Shown here: piece after piece, positions 49,305-58,292 of the stretch
Numbering within the stretch: the stretch's first letter is position 1
Layout of the letters: each line of letters opens with the position of its first letter
Virus record (IMG/VR): IMGVR_UViG_3300023049_000574
Coordinates: 64,001 to 128,000 of that record
Length of the DNA: 64,000 nt
Reading direction: 5' to 3' (one strand)
Source: a virus
Translations under genes and position numbers: made by a program
The notes under the pieces: generated by a model
What the model was told of the DNA's origin: nothing
Database searches by the model: none
The model's input: the letters and a program-made list of their open reading frames with translations, nothing else

Positions 49305-49384
49305 GCATCAGTATCCGAGGGGAGCTTCTAACTCCTTATCCGTAATTGGAGATGAAAATGTAGGTTCGATTCCTATCTGGTGTA
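49305..49384 (+). tRNA. Non-canonical tRNA-Arg(TCT), no D-arm
   Basis: GCATCAG/CTGGTGT, GGGAG-CTTCTAA-CTCCT, GTAGG-TTCGATT-CCTAT. Confidence 0.7.
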
Positions 49385-49394
49385 CAAATTTTAT

Positions 49395-49469
49395 GGGGTG
49401 TAGCACAGGCGTAGCCTAAATCGTTTGCAACGATTTCAGAACAACAGGGTTCGATTCCCTTACACTCCA
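49395..49469 (+). tRNA. Atypical tRNA-Ala(TGC), possible 8/4 fold
   Basis: GGGGTGTA/TACACTCC with G3:U70 and A73; AATCG-TTTGCAA-CGATT; 4-bp T stem AGGG/CCCT. Confidence 0.7.
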
Positions 49470-49475
49470 CTAAAT

Positions 49476-49552
49476 GGTTCGGTAGCTTAATTGGATAAAG
49501 CAATCGGTTTCTAACCGATAGAGTGAGAGTTCGACCCTCTCCCGAATCACCA
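49476..49552 (+). tRNA. tRNA-Arg(TCT), canonical, with encoded CCA
   Basis: GGTTCGG/CCGAATC, D-loop TAATTGGATA (A20), ATCGG-TTTCTAA-CCGAT, ACCA end. Confidence 0.92.
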
Positions 49553-49559
49553 AATATAT

Positions 49560-49630
49560 GGGGGTTTAGCTCAGTCTGACCGTAAGCGGCACATTTGCAA
49601 TGTGCGTCACACATCGATTCGAAGAAGTGT
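49560..49630 (+). pseudogene. Degenerate/truncated tRNA-Ala(TGC)
   Basis: GGGGGTT-TAGCTCAG 5' half and GCACA-TTTGCAA-TGTGC arm are intact; T-arm degenerate; no 3' acceptor strand. Confidence 0.55.
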
Positions 49631-49823
49631 AAAAATATAGAATATGAAAATGAAACTAAAAATACTAACGTTAGATGAACTAAAAGAAAGAATTAAAACA
49701 TTCGATAAAAAATATGGAAAATATTATGAAAAAGAATAACAATAACTTAGGAGGACACCGCTACCAAGCATTGATACTCGACACCAAAGGAAACTAAAGA
49801 AATATTCTAAGAACTTCTTAGAG

Positions 49824-50234
49824 ATGTTTAACTTTTTCCTCAATAGTCATAGGAATGGGATATTAACCTTTTCGGGAACAAATGATTTCAGTGTCGAGTA
49901 TAAACAAGATGGATATGATAGTAGGTTATGTTTTAGGAAGTTTGATAATGGTGATTACCAAAACAAAGTTGTACATACTAAACACCCTAATATACTATTT
50001 AGTGTAATTAAAGGAAAGAAGTCATGGGGTCTATTTGTTAATGAATGGTCAGATGGAATCGTTGAATCTAGCTTTACTATCGATGAAATTAAAACAGTAT
50101 TCGATGAACAGAATATCAAAGTTCCCGATCCATTATGGAAAGACTTTTTAAACACAATTGGTAGAAAGAAAAGGATAAGAAATCAAAAATACTACAATGA
50201 GCTTATTAAAAATAGTATTATTTCCAATACTTAA
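49824..50234 (+). CDS. Hypothetical protein
   Basis: 136-aa ORF. Confidence 0.5.
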   Translation: MFNFFLNSHRNGILTFSGTNDFSVEYKQDGYDSRLCFRKFDNGDYQNKVVHTKHPNILFSVIKGKKSWGLFVNEWSDGIVESSFTIDEIKTVFDEQNIKVPDPLWKDFLNTIGRKKRIRNQKYYNELIKNSIISNT

Positions 50235-51012
50235 AACTCTTAACAGTCATTTCTGATCCGTTATGAGGATGTCCCTTATTAACACTCGTACCTATAATCG
50301 GTACTAAACCACCTTTGATTCTTTCTAAAATGTTCTTATTAGTTATCTTTCTAACTAAGAAACCATCGTAATATAATTCGATTTTATCATCGTTCCATAT
50401 AATAGCAAATGATACATCACGTCCAAATTCGTTTGGAATATAGTGAGTGTGTGCGCCAATATTTTTAGCGTTATCACCATAGTCTTCACCATAATGTATA
50501 TTGGTCTGTGGTTTAGATTTAGTTGCTTTATTTTTTGTATAAATTTCTATAACATCTATTTCAGGTAGAACTTTATAATCCAATTCTTTTTCTGTGCCAT
50601 CTGTTACGAACCATAATGGAGCATGCCAAATACCTGTGGCTGCTTTCATATTAACTATAACTTCCATAGCACCTTTAAAGTATGTTTTCTTACTAAATAA
50701 GATACCTGTTTTAAAGTCCATTGTCTTATTGTTCTTCTTGTTTAACTTAGGGCTAAATTCTGTTGATAACCTTACACCACCTTCTACAAGGTTAGTACAT
50801 GACTTATCGTTATATGATAGATCAGCATCGTCTGAATGTGTTCCCCACCATAAAGTTTTTTGCCACTGTTTAGTTAGTTTACTGAAGTCCTCATGTACAT
50901 CAAGTGTTAATCCCTTAGGATCAAAATCTTTAACCTTACTAGAAAGTCTTCTTCCTATGTTATTTTTATATAACAAGTAATAATTATATAACTTTTCTTT
51001 TAAATTTCCCAT
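50218..51012 (-). CDS. GH16 glycoside hydrolase (beta-glucanase-like)
   Basis: GIWHAPLW...PEIDVIE catalytic motif; WNDDKIELYYDG. Confidence 0.85.
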   Translation of the reverse strand: MGNLKEKLYNYYLLYKNNIGRRLSSKVKDFDPKGLTLDVHEDFSKLTKQWQKTLWWGTHSDDADLSYNDKSCTNLVEGGVRLSTEFSPKLNKKNNKTMDFKTGILFSKKTYFKGAMEVIVNMKAATGIWHAPLWFVTDGTEKELDYKVLPEIDVIEIYTKNKATKSKPQTNIHYGEDYGDNAKNIGAHTHYIPNEFGRDVSFAIIWNDDKIELYYDGFLVRKITNKNILERIKGGLVPIIGTSVNKGHPHNGSEMTVKSFKYWK

Positions 51013-51049
51013 ACTTTATATATTATTTTTTCAATTTAATATATAGCTT

Positions 51050-51622
51050 ATGAAGTATATTAAACCCTTTAATGAATCTATTAAATTCCCTGAGATTGAT
51101 GATATGTATACTAGACACAATCAGCTAAAGGTAAATAAAGATAATATTCAAGAAGAAATAAATGACATAGAACACAGACTTATTAAAACACAAGACGAAT
51201 ATATTAGTAAAATCGAAACTATATTAAATAAAGTTGTAGAACATTTTAGAATGAATGTTACATCAAACAAGGGGATAATGATAATAAAAACACAAAATGA
51301 TATTATACGACATGATACAAAAGAAAATGATGATGTATTCAATTTGTCTAACTTGGTTGATAATTTTAAATTTAAAACCGCTTATCCAGATAATCCAATT
51401 GAGGTAACACAAGAAGAATATGTGTTATATGATATTTTTGTAGAAAGGTCTATTAAAGACGGAAACAACGGAAACACAAATGTATTTTATTTGATTCCTA
51501 CTTATGATGAAAATGAACTTCATCTTCATTTAACTTATATTCATGTTAAGGATTTGATGAAGTTATATGAAAGATTAGTAAAGAATATTTCAGGTAATAT
51601 GTTAATGAAAATAAATAATTAA
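51050..51622 (+). CDS. MKYIKPFNE-family protein, single-domain paralog of the KKLNE family
   Basis: TAATATATA at 51037; ends LMKINN. Confidence 0.6.
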   Translation: MKYIKPFNESIKFPEIDDMYTRHNQLKVNKDNIQEEINDIEHRLIKTQDEYISKIETILNKVVEHFRMNVTSNKGIMIIKTQNDIIRHDTKENDDVFNLSNLVDNFKFKTAYPDNPIEVTQEEYVLYDIFVERSIKDGNNGNTNVFYLIPTYDENELHLHLTYIHVKDLMKLYERLVKNISGNMLMKINN

Positions 51623-51626
51623 ACTA

Positions 51627-51920
51627 ATGAAAAATATAAAAACATTTGAATCATTTATAGACGATCAGGGTAATATCAAAGACTTCAATCATAAAACATA
51701 TATTATAATTTCCAAGAAACATATTAATAATTTATATTTATCTCAATTAGATCCACCAAGGTTTACGGGAGAGAGTAGCGCAATGAGGAAAACTTATCAT
51801 TTCCCTTCATTAGATGATGCTTTAGAATATAAATCTAAACACCCTAAAAGAAATAAACATTGGAGTATACACGAATATAACCCAACTAAAACGATTAGTA
51901 TGGGTAATACGGTTGGTTAA
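51627..51920 (+). CDS. MKNIKTFE-family small protein
   Basis: N-terminal motif. Confidence 0.55.
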   Translation: MKNIKTFESFIDDQGNIKDFNHKTYIIISKKHINNLYLSQLDPPRFTGESSAMRKTYHFPSLDDALEYKSKHPKRNKHWSIHEYNPTKTISMGNTVG

Positions 51921-52625
51921 TTAATTAGACTTTCTATAATCGATTAAGAAATCATATAATTTTCTAATATTTTCATAGCTTGTACTATTCCTAAAAGCGT
52001 TTAGATCAGTAACCATTAACTCACCGTGTAGATCAAATAACCTTTTCCAATCATCAAATACGCCTTTATATTCAGGGTTATTTTCTACAAATCTTTCAAA
52101 GTTTGGTAAATTAATAACATCACCAATAAATATTTCAGATCGTGCTATATTACTTTGGTTTAAAGATCCATCAACTTCTATAATATTCTTAGAGTCTCGA
52201 TAAGCCTTTCCGATCTCTTTAGCTGAATGTAAATTCAATAAAGCTGTTTCCATATACTTAGATAGTGGTTCAACTAAGACATCATTACCTAATGTGGGTA
52301 TTATTAATTCTTCGAAATTCTCTAATGCTTTTTCGGCATTTTTAGTCTTAATCACTGTGATTAGATCTTCTCTTATCTTCTTAATAAGAGTATCAAGATT
52401 TTTTATGAACTCTTCGCTCTCATTATCCTTCTTCCAATCTCTGAAACCATTTGGGTTATCTATAAATTCATCTTGCTTCATATTCCAATCGAAATTATGT
52501 AAATAATGATGTCCGTATTCACCTCTTAGTGTTTTTAATACATCTTTAGGGAATGAATTAAAATCAACTAAATCCTTTGATTCTATATTATATTCGTTTA
52601 TCTTTGTAATTAAATATTTACCCAT
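51921..52625 (-). CDS. Hypothetical protein (MGKYLITKINE)
   Basis: TAATATATA upstream on the minus strand. Confidence 0.6.
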   Translation of the reverse strand: MGKYLITKINEYNIESKDLVDFNSFPKDVLKTLRGEYGHHYLHNFDWNMKQDEFIDNPNGFRDWKKDNESEEFIKNLDTLIKKIREDLITVIKTKNAEKALENFEELIIPTLGNDVLVEPLSKYMETALLNLHSAKEIGKAYRDSKNIIEVDGSLNQSNIARSEIFIGDVINLPNFERFVENNPEYKGVFDDWKRLFDLHGELMVTDLNAFRNSTSYENIRKLYDFLIDYRKSN

Positions 52626-52639
52626 ATACTATATATTAA

Positions 52640-53410
52640 ATGATAGATCAATTAATACAAGAACTTTATGATGAGGATGGTATTAATCTAGAGATCTCAG
52701 CAGGAGACAAATTAGATAATACCATTAAGTATGTGACAGATAAATTGATTGCTCATATACCCGAAGATTCTTATACTAAAATCAATAGGAATTATATAGA
52801 CATTAAAATAGAAAACAATAGTCGTTATTATAGTAACGTAAAGACAAATGAAGAATATAGAAACCAATTATTTGCAAACGTTAAGTCTGTTGAAATCCAT
52901 AAATTTTACCCACAAGTAGTTAAAAATTTACTTGTATTAAATTTAATTAATGGTTATGACGAAGAAAGGAGAGAATCGTCTGTTGTGTTCCAAGATCATA
53001 AAAAGGTATTTCTCTTTTTAATCAACAGATTTACTGAACAGGATACAGGATGTAAACATATCAATGCTTATATAAACTCTTTTTATGTGTTTGTCCAAGT
53101 ACAAACATCTCCTTATTTAAGAGGAATAAACGAGTTATTTTTAAAAGAATCTAAAGATAACTTGTTGTTTTATATAGACTCTTTGTATTACAAAGAAGTA
53201 AATAAGGGTCTTATCAACCAATTAGATAGGCTTGGGTTAAATTATAGTATAGAAGATATTGATTATATATACATCGGTGAAGGTATTCAGTTTTATGAAA
53301 AACGAAATGATGAAATTTATATGAAGGGGTTCAATCCAAAAAAACAGGAAGAAGTAGAAAATATGATTAAAGTTAGAGAAAGGGATAGGAAAATAGATTC
53401 TCTGTTTTAA
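52640..53410 (+). CDS. Hypothetical protein with RD tag
   Basis: Ends RDRKIDSLF. Confidence 0.6.
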   Translation: MIDQLIQELYDEDGINLEISAGDKLDNTIKYVTDKLIAHIPEDSYTKINRNYIDIKIENNSRYYSNVKTNEEYRNQLFANVKSVEIHKFYPQVVKNLLVLNLINGYDEERRESSVVFQDHKKVFLFLINRFTEQDTGCKHINAYINSFYVFVQVQTSPYLRGINELFLKESKDNLLFYIDSLYYKEVNKGLINQLDRLGLNYSIEDIDYIYIGEGIQFYEKRNDEIYMKGFNPKKQEEVENMIKVRERDRKIDSLF

Positions 53411-53416
53411 TATATA
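53408..53416 (+). promoter_or_regulatory. Putative late promoter TAATATATA (representative copy)
   Basis: Motif typically 4-6 nt before the start at 5556, 26588, 38144, 46539, 51037, 55745 (+) and upstream of 12147, 51012, 52625, 59290, 60171 (-). Confidence 0.7.
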
Positions 53417-53420
53417 CTCT

Positions 53421-53798
53421 ATGAAGTATATAAAACCAATCAATGAACATTTTGATCATCTTCCTAAAGATGAAATTATTGATAGATTAGAACGCCTTCT
53501 AACTATTGCATATATGCAATTAAGAGATGAGCTTATATATAGTAATGTTAATCAACTTTTATTAGATGAGGGGATAAAAAGCTCTGAGTTTATTAAAGTA
53601 AATGATGAAGGTTGGGCAATAGAAGGTTATTATTATACTATGAAAGAAGGTGAAGATGAACCTGCTTATCTTTATGACAGAAAAGAATTAAAACATTTTG
53701 ATAAAGATATACTTGCTAAGATACTTGAATTTCTTGGTAAAGAAGAGAAGTTTTCTCGTATCTTAAACCAAGAGATGTTTAAAAAATTAAATAAGTAA
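53421..53798 (+). CDS. KKLNE-family protein (1 domain)
   Basis: MKYIKPINE ... NQEMFKKLNK; TAATATATA at 53408. Confidence 0.6.
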   Translation: MKYIKPINEHFDHLPKDEIIDRLERLLTIAYMQLRDELIYSNVNQLLLDEGIKSSEFIKVNDEGWAIEGYYYTMKEGEDEPAYLYDRKELKHFDKDILAKILEFLGKEEKFSRILNQEMFKKLNK

Positions 53799-53799
53799 A

Positions 53800-55254
53800 A
53801 TGATAAAAGATTTTAAAACCTTTAGTAAAAACGTGAAATCAGATATAGATAAAATGGATGGTTATAGATCTAAGATTTATAAACTGAAACTACAAATGGA
53901 TGAAACATATAAAGAAGATATCATAGAGGGTGTAATGCTTTTGTTGAATGTTATTAAGGATAAGTATAAGTTTGATAACTTATTTAACTTTCTAAGAGAT
54001 GATATAATCAAAGATAGCACAGATATATTAGAAGCTATTAGAGAATTAGCTATATACGTTGATGACTCTTCATACGCACCTGAGAATATAAGATACATAA
54101 ATGGGAATTGGTATATCGATGTTTATTTCAGAAAATATGAAGAAGGGACGTTAATATTTTCTGAAATAGAAACAGAATCATTATTTGAAATATTTGAAAT
54201 ATTATTACACGGACTAAGTTCTGAATTGAATTCCGAAGCAATGAAAAAATTAAATGAGTCTACTGTATTCTTCGATATAGAAAATACTATTAGTAAAATC
54301 AATGATAAGAGAAAAGAGATCAAAGACACAAAGAAGAAATTAAAACGTTTGAACACAGAAACAATAGAACTCAGTAAAAGTATAAACAAGTATAAAGAAA
54401 AAATGATCTTTCAGATAGAAGACATTTTAATTAATGTAGTTAAAGAAGAAAATACATTAGAGGCTTATATGCGAGAAAACGACATGGAGATTTTATATGA
54501 TGAGATTTTTGATGATATGGTTAAGGTAGTCCATCAAGAATATCCTGATCATGATATATTTAATCTAACTGCAGAGAATGGTTATTGGGCATTTGATGCT
54601 GAGGACGGACAAGGACATGTTGATTCAGTAATAATTAGTGATGATTTAGATACTATATCTGTTTATAAAATATTAAAGATACTTGCTACTATACCACAAG
54701 TGAGTAAGTATATAAATCAGAGCGCAATGAAGAAACTGAATGAATCTAAATTAGAAGAAGTGGGTACTATCCTTAATAATAAAAGGGAATTAGAAGTTAA
54801 GTTAAAAGACTTACAACAAGATGTTAATAAAATAGACCAAACACTTCTTAATATAAAACTTGATCTTATGGTTAAGATAAACAACATATTCGAAAGTCTT
54901 ATGTCTAAATATAATTTAACACCTGATAAAAATGGATTTATTGTTATAGATAAAGCTCTCAAAGAAAAGGGAGTTGATATTTTAGATGAAATGGGTAATA
55001 TAGAATTTAGATTTACTGATATGGGTATTATAAGAAGTACTACATTTAATGACACACAGACAATATCTAATATAGTTCTTGAAACAAGAGATGGAGTATT
55101 AACAGATATTCAAATATCAGGGAATCCTAATATCCATAACTATAAGAGATTAGAGAATGTGGATGTGGGTGGGTTATTTAACTTATATAAATATTTACTG
55201 ATCAATATAGGTGGTAAGTATATTAAAAAAATGAACGAAATGAACAATGATTAA
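53800..55254 (+). CDS. KKLNE-family protein (3 tandem domains)
   Basis: AMKKLNES twice; ends IKKMNEMNND. Confidence 0.65.
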   Translation: MIKDFKTFSKNVKSDIDKMDGYRSKIYKLKLQMDETYKEDIIEGVMLLLNVIKDKYKFDNLFNFLRDDIIKDSTDILEAIRELAIYVDDSSYAPENIRYINGNWYIDVYFRKYEEGTLIFSEIETESLFEIFEILLHGLSSELNSEAMKKLNESTVFFDIENTISKINDKRKEIKDTKKKLKRLNTETIELSKSINKYKEKMIFQIEDILINVVKEENTLEAYMRENDMEILYDEIFDDMVKVVHQEYPDHDIFNLTAENGYWAFDAEDGQGHVDSVIISDDLDTISVYKILKILATIPQVSKYINQSAMKKLNESKLEEVGTILNNKRELEVKLKDLQQDVNKIDQTLLNIKLDLMVKINNIFESLMSKYNLTPDKNGFIVIDKALKEKGVDILDEMGNIEFRFTDMGIIRSTTFNDTQTISNIVLETRDGVLTDIQISGNPNIHNYKRLENVDVGGLFNLYKYLLINIGGKYIKKMNEMNND

Positions 55255-55741
55255 AGATTTTAAACAGTTTTCTAAAGATTTTCAAAATGCTATTTCTAAC
55301 ATAGATAGAAAACAAACAGAGATTAATAGAGAAAAAAGAGACGTAGAAACTAAGTATAAGAAAGAAATGTGTGACATCATCGATAAAATATTAGATGAGT
55401 TAAGAGAAAGATATGACTTCGATGATCTCATTAATTACCTAGAACAGAAAAAGACCAAGGGAGACGAAAAGCTTTTAAATGAAATTAGGTATATATCATT
55501 TGAGTTCTATGGTGGATATTATACTATGGGTACAATAACACATAATGACGAAGACTATGAACTTCTTATGTATGAAGACGAAGATAATTATAGAGAATTT
55601 GCTTTTATTGAAATGGATATTATGCCATTATACGAATTCTTCAAAGGTCTATTGAATTATTATTCTACTATTACGAACTCCGAAGTTTTCAAAAAATTAA
55701 ACGAGATGTCAAATAATATAGCATCCCATTTGGATAAGTGA
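55247..55741 (+). CDS. KKLNE-family protein (1 domain)
   Basis: MIKDFKQF ... NSEVFKKLNE. Confidence 0.6.
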   Translation: MIKDFKQFSKDFQNAISNIDRKQTEINREKRDVETKYKKEMCDIIDKILDELRERYDFDDLINYLEQKKTKGDEKLLNEIRYISFEFYGGYYTMGTITHNDEDYELLMYEDEDNYREFAFIEMDIMPLYEFFKGLLNYYSTITNSEVFKKLNEMSNNIASHLDK

Positions 55742-55757
55742 ATTTAATATATACTTT

Positions 55758-58292
55758 ATGAGCCGTATCAAAACACTTAGGAAATTTAAAAATTATGAAA
55801 GTCAGATAAAAACTATTGATGCCGAATTAGAAGGTAAGGATGGTTATATCAAACGAATGCTTATTAAAAGAAAAGAAGGTATTAGGGATAATATTGAACA
55901 AGATATCGTAAGATTATTACATAGTGTTTTAGATGATAATGGAATAGAAATAGGATCAGATGATACACCTGTTATCCAATTATTGAAAGATAAGAATATT
56001 GAAACTAATTTAACAGAAATTGTTAATATTCCAATAAGACACGGGAATGAAGAAACTAACATTAATGAAATATATCTTTATCGGGGTGATTGTCTTATTA
56101 TGTTCGAAGGTGAAAAATATAGGGAATTAACACATAATATAAAATTAGAAAAGATTTTAGCTATTTATAAAGCTATGATAAGTCTAATTAATAGACCTCT
56201 TTTGAAATCATTAAATGAAGATACTACTAGTGATTATAAAAAGATTTTAACAGAACTTGAACGTGCTGATAAAAATCTTAATGACTTTCGTGAAAAACTA
56301 ATTGATAGTGTAGAGAAAGTAGTAATGGGTATTATTAAAAAATATGAATTACCACTATATGCTGATGTAGCTAAGGAATTAAAAGGGAGGGGAATTGATT
56401 TAAAAATTTATATAGACGGAGAAAACGTAGATATATCATATGATATAGATGATGATTCCTTTTATATATTCGATCAAAGAGGAGCATACCATAGTTTTTT
56501 AAGTACTATGCACATAGAACATTTAATTCAATTATATGATCAACTATTAGCATCACTTAATAAAAATGCTTTCAAGAAACTAAATGAAGGTTTAAAAGAA
56601 GACTATTTAGAATCAGAAAGGGACATAAATGTTTACAGAGCAAATTACACTAGATTACAAAAAGAACTTTCAAAAAAGTATTATGATCTAATGAATATGA
56701 TTGTGAAACAATATGATATTGATCTACAACCCGAAGCACCGATATCATTTTCTATAATAGATAAAGTAATTGAGAAAGATGAGGATAATGGTTTAATCGA
56801 ATTGAAAAACAAGGAGTTAACAGCCATAGGTGATAATCACCATAAATTCATATTAACAGATTTGAGATATTGTCCTTACGAAGAAAAATTTCAAGTAAGT
56901 AAATTATACGGAGATACACATATGGTTACATATCCTTCTAGTATGCAATTTGATCAACTATATCCTATATATGAATCTATTATTAAAGCTTTAAATAAAA
57001 AACCATTAGAGAAATTAAACGAAAGTAATATCAAGGAATTAGAAGAAATGTATTTGAAGAATTTACATAAAGGTGAAGGAGATCATTATGAAATACAGAA
57101 GGAAGTACAAGATTCATTAGAAAAATTATTGGATATGATCATCGATAAATATGATTTAGATCTATCAGACCAAAAAGGACTCTTAGATGAATTAGAGAAA
57201 AAGGATAAAGATAATACTCTTTTAGATTTAAGAGGAAGGTTTTTTAATATGTTCGAAACAGAACACACTTTTTATTTCGTTGATATCCTTAAAACAGAAA
57301 CAGGAGGTTATTATATTAATATAAGAAACGAAGAAGATGGTGCGATAAAAAGAACTAAAGTTAGTTTCACAGGCTTCCATTTCTTATACCCGATATATAC
57401 CGCCCTCATAAGTACTATTAATAAAGAGGCATTTAGATCGATGAACGAAAGAGTGCTTTCTAGAGAAAGTTTCCTTATTAGAGAATCTTTTATACAAGAA
57501 GTAGAAGAATATCAAAATAAAGTAAAGGAGATAGAAGGGAAGATCAGTGATATGAAAAGAAAGAAGGAAGAACTTGATGAAAAATACAAAGGTTCTAAAG
57601 ATAAGATAGAGGGTCATATTGTGGATATATGTGAATACATTAAAAAAGAGTTAATTGAATTTAATCAAGACTTACATATTTATTTAGAAGATGATCAAGG
57701 AAAAATGGGAGATATTATGGCAGCTTTAGGTATATCAAGTGGTGCTTATATGTTTGTAGATCACGGAGATGTGATGTTCGATATAGAAGGTGATGATACG
57801 TATGATATAACAGAGTATAATGTTGACAAACTTTTCGAAGTCTTAAAAATACTTATATCAATACCTAAAGTGAGTGCTTATTATAACAAAGATATGTTTA
57901 AGAAACTTAATGAGTTATATGATAATGATGTAGCTGACACAAAAAGTGAGTATTTAATTAAAGCTAATAAGTTACTTAATGGAGTAATTACTTCATATAA
58001 TTTAATAGAAGAAGGCGAAGATAATGTATCACTAAAAGAAAAATTACAAGAAAAGGGAATTGATATTAATCTCTCTGATATCTATTTATACGATCAAGCT
58101 AGAGTCCAAGACATTATTGCTAAAAAAGCACCATCGGGTTATTCCTTTTTATTGAAATGTATTGAGTCTAAAACAGGTGATGTATTTGAAATTGAATTAG
58201 GACAAGTAGTTAGACGAAAAACTATGGTTAGAATATTTAATACTTTATCAAAGGCTATTAATGCTTTTTTCTTGAAGCAATTAAATGCCTAA
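55758..58292 (+). CDS. KKLNE-family protein (6 tandem domains; possible polyprotein)
   Basis: KSLNE, KKLNE, EKLNE, RSMNE, KKLNE and terminal KQLNA, spaced about 120-155 aa apart; TAATATATA at 55745. Confidence 0.65.
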   Translation: MSRIKTLRKFKNYESQIKTIDAELEGKDGYIKRMLIKRKEGIRDNIEQDIVRLLHSVLDDNGIEIGSDDTPVIQLLKDKNIETNLTEIVNIPIRHGNEETNINEIYLYRGDCLIMFEGEKYRELTHNIKLEKILAIYKAMISLINRPLLKSLNEDTTSDYKKILTELERADKNLNDFREKLIDSVEKVVMGIIKKYELPLYADVAKELKGRGIDLKIYIDGENVDISYDIDDDSFYIFDQRGAYHSFLSTMHIEHLIQLYDQLLASLNKNAFKKLNEGLKEDYLESERDINVYRANYTRLQKELSKKYYDLMNMIVKQYDIDLQPEAPISFSIIDKVIEKDEDNGLIELKNKELTAIGDNHHKFILTDLRYCPYEEKFQVSKLYGDTHMVTYPSSMQFDQLYPIYESIIKALNKKPLEKLNESNIKELEEMYLKNLHKGEGDHYEIQKEVQDSLEKLLDMIIDKYDLDLSDQKGLLDELEKKDKDNTLLDLRGRFFNMFETEHTFYFVDILKTETGGYYINIRNEEDGAIKRTKVSFTGFHFLYPIYTALISTINKEAFRSMNERVLSRESFLIRESFIQEVEEYQNKVKEIEGKISDMKRKKEELDEKYKGSKDKIEGHIVDICEYIKKELIEFNQDLHIYLEDDQGKMGDIMAALGISSGAYMFVDHGDVMFDIEGDDTYDITEYNVDKLFEVLKILISIPKVSAYYNKDMFKKLNELYDNDVADTKSEYLIKANKLLNGVITSYNLIEEGEDNVSLKEKLQEKGIDINLSDIYLYDQARVQDIIAKKAPSGYSFLLKCIESKTGDVFEIELGQVVRRKTMVRIFNTLSKAINAFFLKQLNA

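Noticed and set aside
49336-49614. 92-aa minus-strand ORF
   Set aside because: Antisense shadow of tRNA array 2.
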